Below are positions 35,450 through 40,196 of a DNA stretch of 40,196 nt, piece by piece. A model generated the notes under the pieces. It saw only the letters and a program-made list of their open reading frames with translations, searched no databases and was not told the origin of the DNA. This DNA comes from an uncultured Pseudobdellovibrionaceae bacterium (GTDB taxonomy: Bacteria; Pseudomonadota; Alphaproteobacteria; UBA2400): NCBI GenBank assembly GCA_964429685.1, contig CAYSDE010000001.1:6293-46488 (forward strand). The letters run 5' to 3'. How positions within the stretch are numbered: the stretch's first letter is position 1; each line of letters opens with the position of its first letter. The position numbers and the translations under genes are program-made.

Positions 35450-36793
35450 ATGCACCGTTTTCTGATCGCCGTCGTAACGCTCCTTCTGTTCGTCTTGCCT
35501 GCTGCCGCCCAGAACCGGCCACAGGACATGAACCTGATCCGCGATGCCGAGATTGAGCAGATTTTGCGGGATTTTGCGGCGCCGATTTTTACACAGGCTG
35601 GTATTCCGCCCGCCAATGTCCATTTCGTTCTGGTCAACAGTCCCGAGGTCAATGCTTTTGTTGCGGGCGGAATGAACATGTTCATCACCACCGGCCTGAT
35701 GCGCATGGCCAGAACGCCCGAAGAGCTGATCGGGGTTATGGCCCATGAAACCGGGCATATTGCGGGCGGGCATCTGGTGCGCTCGCAGGAGGCCATAGAG
35801 AACGCCTCAACCTCGGCCATCATTGCGACGATTGCCGGCATTGCCGCCGCTGCCGCCAGCCGCGATGGCAGCACCGGCGCCGCTGCCATCTCACTCGGCC
35901 AGCAGGTCGCCCAGCGCAACTTCCTCAGCTACAGCCGCACACAGGAGTCTTCGGCGGATCAGGCGGCGCTGGGTTTTCTTGACCGCGCCCATATCAGCGC
36001 CGCCGGAATGCGCGACTTCCTGAAACGGCTGGGCGATCAGGAACTGTTGCCTGAAGACCAGCAAATCCAGTTTGTCCGCACCCACCCGCTCACCAGTGAC
36101 CGGATTGATGCTGTTGCTGCCCATGTTACCGCCGCCCGCCCGGCAACGCCACTACCTGCCAGTTACAGCGAGCGCTTTGCCCGTCTGCAAGCCAAGCTGG
36201 AAGGCTTTATTGATCCACGTCTGGCCCTGCACCACTACCCGCCCACCGAAACCGGTTTTGCCGGTCGTTATGCCCGCTCCATTGCCCTCCATCAAACCGG
36301 CGATACCAAGGGAGCGCTGGCGCTGGCCGAAAACTTGCTGAAAACCGAACCCAATAACGCCTATCTGCACGAGTTGAAGGGCCAAATTCTGTATGAAACC
36401 GGTCAGGCCGCTGCTGCCATTCCCGAATATCGCAGTGCGATCAGCCTTGCCGAGGGTAACGGTTTGCTGCGTATCGGTCTGGCGCAAGCCCTGCTCGACA
36501 GTGGCACCTCCAGCAACCTGACTGAAGCCCAGACCCAACTGGAAGCCGCCGCCAGCAGCGAGCGCAAATCCCCGTCCCTCTGGCGTCTGCTTGCCACTGC
36601 CTATGGTCGCCAGAACCAGCTTGGCATGGCCGCTTATGCCCTCTCCGAAGAAGCGCTGGCCAGCGGGAATAAAGCTGTTGCCAAGCAACAAGCCAGCCGC
36701 GCTCAGGAGATTCTTCCGCACGGCTCGGCAGGCTGGGTCAAGGCCGGGGATGTGCTGGCCGTAGCCAGCGAGAAAGACCGCGACAGCAGATAA
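35450..36793 (+). CDS. M48 family zinc metalloprotease with C-terminal TPR repeats (BepA/YfgC-like)
   Basis: 447-aa ORF with a signal peptide. It carries the HExxH motif in VMAHETGHIAGGH and a TPR-like C-terminal half (ALALAENLLKTEPNNAYLHELKGQILYETGQ...). Confidence 0.9.
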   Translation: MHRFLIAVVTLLLFVLPAAAQNRPQDMNLIRDAEIEQILRDFAAPIFTQAGIPPANVHFVLVNSPEVNAFVAGGMNMFITTGLMRMARTPEELIGVMAHETGHIAGGHLVRSQEAIENASTSAIIATIAGIAAAAASRDGSTGAAAISLGQQVAQRNFLSYSRTQESSADQAALGFLDRAHISAAGMRDFLKRLGDQELLPEDQQIQFVRTHPLTSDRIDAVAAHVTAARPATPLPASYSERFARLQAKLEGFIDPRLALHHYPPTETGFAGRYARSIALHQTGDTKGALALAENLLKTEPNNAYLHELKGQILYETGQAAAAIPEYRSAISLAEGNGLLRIGLAQALLDSGTSSNLTEAQTQLEAAASSERKSPSLWRLLATAYGRQNQLGMAAYALSEEALASGNKAVAKQQASRAQEILPHGSAGWVKAGDVLAVASEKDRDSR

Positions 36794-36874
36794 ACCAAAA
36801 AAATGCAGTCGTGGTCTTGTTAATCTTTGCATTTCAAGGCAAAGTGCCACTCTCACTTCTGGAGGGAACTGTTA

Positions 36875-37654
36875 ATGATGATCCGTTGTTTCATGGTAGT
36901 CGCTTTGAGTGTTCTGAGCGCCTTTCCCGCGCTGGCCGGGACTACGTCTGCCGCGCCGCCGTCGGCATCCTCCAGCTTCACGGATGCCCAGAAGCAGGAA
37001 ATTCAGGCGATCATCAAGGATTATCTGGTGAGTAACCCCGCAGTAATGCAGGAATCGATTGAAGCCCTGCAGAAACACATGCAGTCAGAGCAGTCCCGCA
37101 AAATGGAAGGCGCCGTGCGTGATAATCTGGACAAACTCCAGAATACCGCTGGTCTGCCGGTGGCGGGCAACCCACAGGGTGATGTCACGGTTGTGGAATT
37201 CTTTGACTATAACTGCGGCTACTGCAAATCCGTAAACGCCGAAGTTAAAGCGCTGTTGGCCGAGGACAAGAACATCCGTCTGGTTCACCGCGAATATCCC
37301 ATTCTCTCTCAGGTTTCCAAAACTGCAGCTGAGGCTGCCCTTGCTGCCAATCTGCAGGGCAAATATCTCCAGATGCATGATCAGCTGATGGGCTATGCTG
37401 ATCACCTCAGCGAGGAAGATGTTTACCGTATCGCCGGTGAAGTTGGCCTTGACGTCACCCGGCTGCGCACGGACATGCAGTCTGCCGCCATTCAGGCTGA
37501 AATTGCCAGCACCCGCGCTCTGGCTGATGCCATCAGCATTCGGGGTACACCGGCCTTTGTAATTGGCACGAATCTTTACCCCGGCGCGCTGGATAAGAGC
37601 GGCCTCGTTGCAGCTGTTGCCCGGGCCCGCGCCGAGAAGTCCGCCCCGCGCTGA
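36875..37654 (+). CDS. DsbA-family periplasmic thiol:disulfide oxidoreductase
   Basis: From ORF 36827..37654. I prefer the ATG at 36875 (MMIRCFMVVALSVLSAFPALAG), preceded by GGAGGGA. The CxxC active site is FFDYNCGYCK. Confidence 0.9.
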   Translation: MMIRCFMVVALSVLSAFPALAGTTSAAPPSASSSFTDAQKQEIQAIIKDYLVSNPAVMQESIEALQKHMQSEQSRKMEGAVRDNLDKLQNTAGLPVAGNPQGDVTVVEFFDYNCGYCKSVNAEVKALLAEDKNIRLVHREYPILSQVSKTAAEAALAANLQGKYLQMHDQLMGYADHLSEEDVYRIAGEVGLDVTRLRTDMQSAAIQAEIASTRALADAISIRGTPAFVIGTNLYPGALDKSGLVAAVARARAEKSAPR

Positions 37655-37679
37655 ACGTGAACAGAGACAGAACATCAAC

Positions 37680-37723
37680 CTGCCGCTAGGTGACACAAAA
37701 CACCTAGCGGCAGCTGTTGTGTT
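37680..37723 (+). terminator. rho-independent terminator candidate after the DsbA-like gene
   Basis: A perfect 13-bp stem pairs CTGCCGCTAGGTG (37680-37692) with CACCTAGCGGCAG (37701-37713), with an 8-nt loop. It is followed by ctgttgtgtt. Confidence 0.65.
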
Positions 37724-37775
37724 AAAGGCCGAAATTGGCTAACACTGTCGCCCTGAGCTTTAACCAACTGTAGCA

Positions 37776-38234
37776 GTGACCTTGACCATTCAACCCAGCC
37801 CCCTCTTCATCCTTACCGGCCCCAACCTGAACCTGCTTGGCCTCAGAGAGCCGGAGGTTTATGGCGTCGATACGCTGGCTGATATTGAATCGGCCTGCCG
37901 TGACCATGCGCAGGAGCTGGGATTCGAAATCGTATTCCGCCAGACCAACCACGAAGGTGAGTTGGTGAGCTGGATACAGGAAGCGCGCACCGAGGCCGAT
38001 GGCCTCATCCTTAACGCCGCCGCCTATACCCATACTTCGGTGGCGATTCATGATGCCCTGCTGATGCTCGACATTCCGGTGGTTGAAGTCCATCTCAGCA
38101 ATATTTTCAAACGCGAGCCCTTCCGCCATCACTCCTATGTCTCGGGAGCGGCGCTGGGGGTCATCTGCGGGTTTGGTCTTGGCAGCTATGTTCTGGCCAT
38201 TTCTGCGCTCGCACGTCAACTCGGGAAGGAGTAA
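37776..38234 (+). CDS. aroQ: type II 3-dehydroquinate dehydratase
   Basis: 152-aa ORF with a GTG start. Motifs: [19 protein letters not shown]...[11 protein letters not shown]...[12 protein letters not shown]...EVHLSNI. Confidence 0.95.
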   Translation: MTLTIQPSPLFILTGPNLNLLGLREPEVYGVDTLADIESACRDHAQELGFEIVFRQTNHEGELVSWIQEARTEADGLILNAAAYTHTSVAIHDALLMLDIPVVEVHLSNIFKREPFRHHSYVSGAALGVICGFGLGSYVLAISALARQLGKE

Positions 38235-38240
38235 TCTGGA

Positions 38241-38690
38241 GTGAGCAGTTTCAAGATTGATGAGGAAGCCATCCGCAAGCTGGCGGAGATCCTGAATGAT
38301 ACCGGTCTGACCGAAGTCGAGATTGAGGATAATGGCCGCAGTCTGCGCGTCAGCCGGGGTACAGTGACTACCATGTCCACAGCCCCAATCGGGGCTCCGC
38401 TGGCCATGCAAGGTGGCAGCACTCCCGCCTCTGCCCCCACCAATGATCTGCCCTCCGGCATGCAGGTGACGTCCCCGATGGTCGGGACGGTTTATCTGGC
38501 TGGCGCACCGGGGGCGGCACCGTTTATCAGCCCCGGTGACAGTGTCAAAGAAGGCGATACCCTCCTCATTGTTGAAGCCATGAAGGTCATGAACCCGATC
38601 AAGGCGCCCAAGGGGGGCAAGATTGCCCGTATCGTCGTCAGCGACGCACAGCCGGTTGAGTTTGGCGAAGTGCTGGTCGTGATTACCTGA
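38241..38690 (+). CDS. accB: acetyl-CoA carboxylase biotin carboxyl carrier protein
   Basis: 149-aa ORF with a GTG start. It has an Ala/Pro-rich linker and the biotinylation motif LIVEAMKVMNPI. Confidence 0.95.
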   Translation: MSSFKIDEEAIRKLAEILNDTGLTEVEIEDNGRSLRVSRGTVTTMSTAPIGAPLAMQGGSTPASAPTNDLPSGMQVTSPMVGTVYLAGAPGAAPFISPGDSVKEGDTLLIVEAMKVMNPIKAPKGGKIARIVVSDAQPVEFGEVLVVIT

Positions 38691-38704
38691 ACGGATCACA
38701 CATC

Positions 38705-40045
38705 ATGATGTTCGATAAAATCCTCGTCGCCAACCGTGGTGAGATTGCCCTGCGGATCATGCGCGCCTGCAAGGAAATGGGCATTGCCACCGTTGCCGTA
38801 CATTCAACCGCCGATGCCGAAGCCATGCATGTGCGTCTGGCTGATGAAAGCGTTTGTATCGGCCCGCCGCCAGCGCGGGACAGCTATCTGAACATCCCCG
38901 CCATTCTCGAAGCCGCCGCCATTACCGGCGCAGATGCCATTCATCCCGGCATTGGCTTCATGTCCGAGAACGAGAACTTTGCCCGCATGGTCGAAGAACA
39001 TGGCTTCACCTGGATTGGTCCGACGCCTGACCACATCAACCAGATGGGCGACAAGGTAACGGCCAAGGATACGGTCAAGAAATTCGGGCTGCCGCTGGTG
39101 CCCGGTTCGCCCGGCCCGGTCGCCACGCTGGAAGACGCCAAGACCTACGCCAAAGATATTGGCTATCCTGTCCTCATCAAGGCGGCCTCGGGCGGCGGCG
39201 GCAAAGGCATGAAAGTCGCACTCAACGAAAGCCAGATTGAAGAGTCCTACAGCCTCGCCCGCATCGAAGCCAAGGCCGCCTTTGGGGACGATACGGTGTA
39301 TATGGAAAAATACCTCACCCATCCGCGCCACATCGAAATCCAGCTGCTGGGCGATATGCATGGCAATGCCGTGCATTTTGGCGAGCGTGACTGTTCCATC
39401 CAGCGCCGCCACCAGAAAGTAGTGGAAGAAGCCCCCTCCCCCGCCCTCAATGCCGAAGAGCGGGACTATATCGGTAACCTCGCCGCCGACTGCATCAAGA
39501 AGCTTGGCTATCGCGGCGTCGGCACGATGGAATTCCTCTATGAAGATGGCAAGTTCTACTTCATCGAAATGAATACCCGCCTGCAGATCGAACACACCAT
39601 CACCGAGATGATTACCGGCATTGATCTGGTGCGCGAACAGATCCGCGTCGCCACCGGTGCGCCCCTCCCCTTCAAGCAGGCAGACATCAAATTCAACGGT
39701 GTTTCGATTGAATGCCGCATTAACGCCGAAAATCCGGAAACCTTCATTCCCTCTCCGGGCAAAATCGTTGGCTACCACGCCCCCGGCGGCCTCGGCGTGC
39801 GGGTGGATAGCGCCTTGTTTGACGGCTACCGCGTCCCCTCCAACTATGACAGCATGATCGCCAAGCTCATCGTCCACGGCACCAGCCGCAACGAATGCCT
39901 GATGCGCCTGCGCCGCTGCCTTGACGAGTTTGTCATCGGCGGCATTGAAACCACCATCCCGCTGCACAAAAAGATTCTGGCCCAGCCCGACTTCATCAAC
40001 GGCGAGTATGATAATCGCTGGCTGGAGAAGATGCTGGCGAAGTAG
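38705..40045 (+). CDS. accC: acetyl-CoA carboxylase biotin carboxylase subunit
   Basis: 446-aa ORF. MFDKILVANRGEIALRIMRACKEMGI..., an ATP-grasp region with GGGGKGM, and EMNTRLQVEH-type IEMNTRLQIEHTITE. Confidence 0.97.
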   Translation: MMFDKILVANRGEIALRIMRACKEMGIATVAVHSTADAEAMHVRLADESVCIGPPPARDSYLNIPAILEAAAITGADAIHPGIGFMSENENFARMVEEHGFTWIGPTPDHINQMGDKVTAKDTVKKFGLPLVPGSPGPVATLEDAKTYAKDIGYPVLIKAASGGGGKGMKVALNESQIEESYSLARIEAKAAFGDDTVYMEKYLTHPRHIEIQLLGDMHGNAVHFGERDCSIQRRHQKVVEEAPSPALNAEERDYIGNLAADCIKKLGYRGVGTMEFLYEDGKFYFIEMNTRLQIEHTITEMITGIDLVREQIRVATGAPLPFKQADIKFNGVSIECRINAENPETFIPSPGKIVGYHAPGGLGVRVDSALFDGYRVPSNYDSMIAKLIVHGTSRNECLMRLRRCLDEFVIGGIETTIPLHKKILAQPDFINGEYDNRWLEKMLAK

Positions 40046-40067
40046 GTCGTCGTTTGAGAGGTGCAGA

Positions 40068-40196
40068 ATGCGCTGGCTTGTTTTCCTGATTCTCCTGATG
40101 TCAGCTCTCCCTGCCCAAGCCAAGCAGTCGTCAGAAGAATACAAAGCATATCTATATAAGATGGTCTATAATATGTGTCGTGGCGGTGGATACGCC
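40068..40196 (+). CDS. hypothetical secreted protein, N-terminal fragment (runs off the window)
   Basis: The ATG at 40068 is preceded by GAGAGG. It reads MRWLVFLILLMSALPAQAKQSSEEYKAYLYKMVYNMCRGGGYA..., with a signal-peptide-like start. The frame is open to the window end, and it is too short to appear in the ORF track. Confidence 0.45.
   Translation, partial: MRWLVFLILLMSALPAQAKQSSEEYKAYLYKMVYNMCRGGGYA

Noticed and set aside
1-40196. A search for CRISPR arrays, IS elements, prophage genes, toxin-antitoxin pairs and known defence-system hallmarks (nuclease/helicase/ATPase clusters, reverse transcriptases, SIR2/TIR-like ORFs).
   Set aside because: None was seen. The only helicase is a canonical DEAD-box RNA helicase, and the only nuclease is a secreted SNase-type enzyme. 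No spacer-repeat periodicity is present outside the intragenic protein repeats.

Overview
This ~40 kb chromosomal window looks alphaproteobacterial. Supporting signs are 5-aminolevulinate synthase hemA, a class II DAHP synthase, rne divergent from an amiC-mrcA-prfB block, and a GC-rich backbone with G/C-rich palindromic intergenic repeats. Most of it is housekeeping: nadE (3' end), gltX, cysS, a SpoU-type RNA methyltransferase, a DEAD-box helicase, one chemoreceptor, glmU-glmS, hemA, tRNA-Val(CAC), cysQ, prfB (with its programmed +1 frameshift), PBP1A, an AmiC-type amidase, RNase E, an M48/TPR protease, a DsbA-like protein and aroQ-accB-accC. Three patches look more AT-rich than the backbone; this was judged by eye and GC was not computed. 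(1) cysS sits behind a perfect 27-bp inverted-repeat element. (2) A ~4 kb segment next to tRNA-Val carries a secreted Sel1-like protein, a thermonuclease, and a divergent 751-aa tandem-repeat protein with no recognisable family. (3) A histidine-phosphatase-family gene is inserted in frame into the 3' end of rne and is bracketed by two copies of the RNase E C-terminal ...PDKPKSGWWKRLIG tail. A subtilisin-type autotransporter and several orphan secreted proteins are also present. I found no CRISPR array, transposase, integrase, or recognisable defence or toxin-antitoxin system. The most novel candidates are the rne-tail duplication and the repeat-protein locus. All family calls come from motif recognition by eye, with no searches run.
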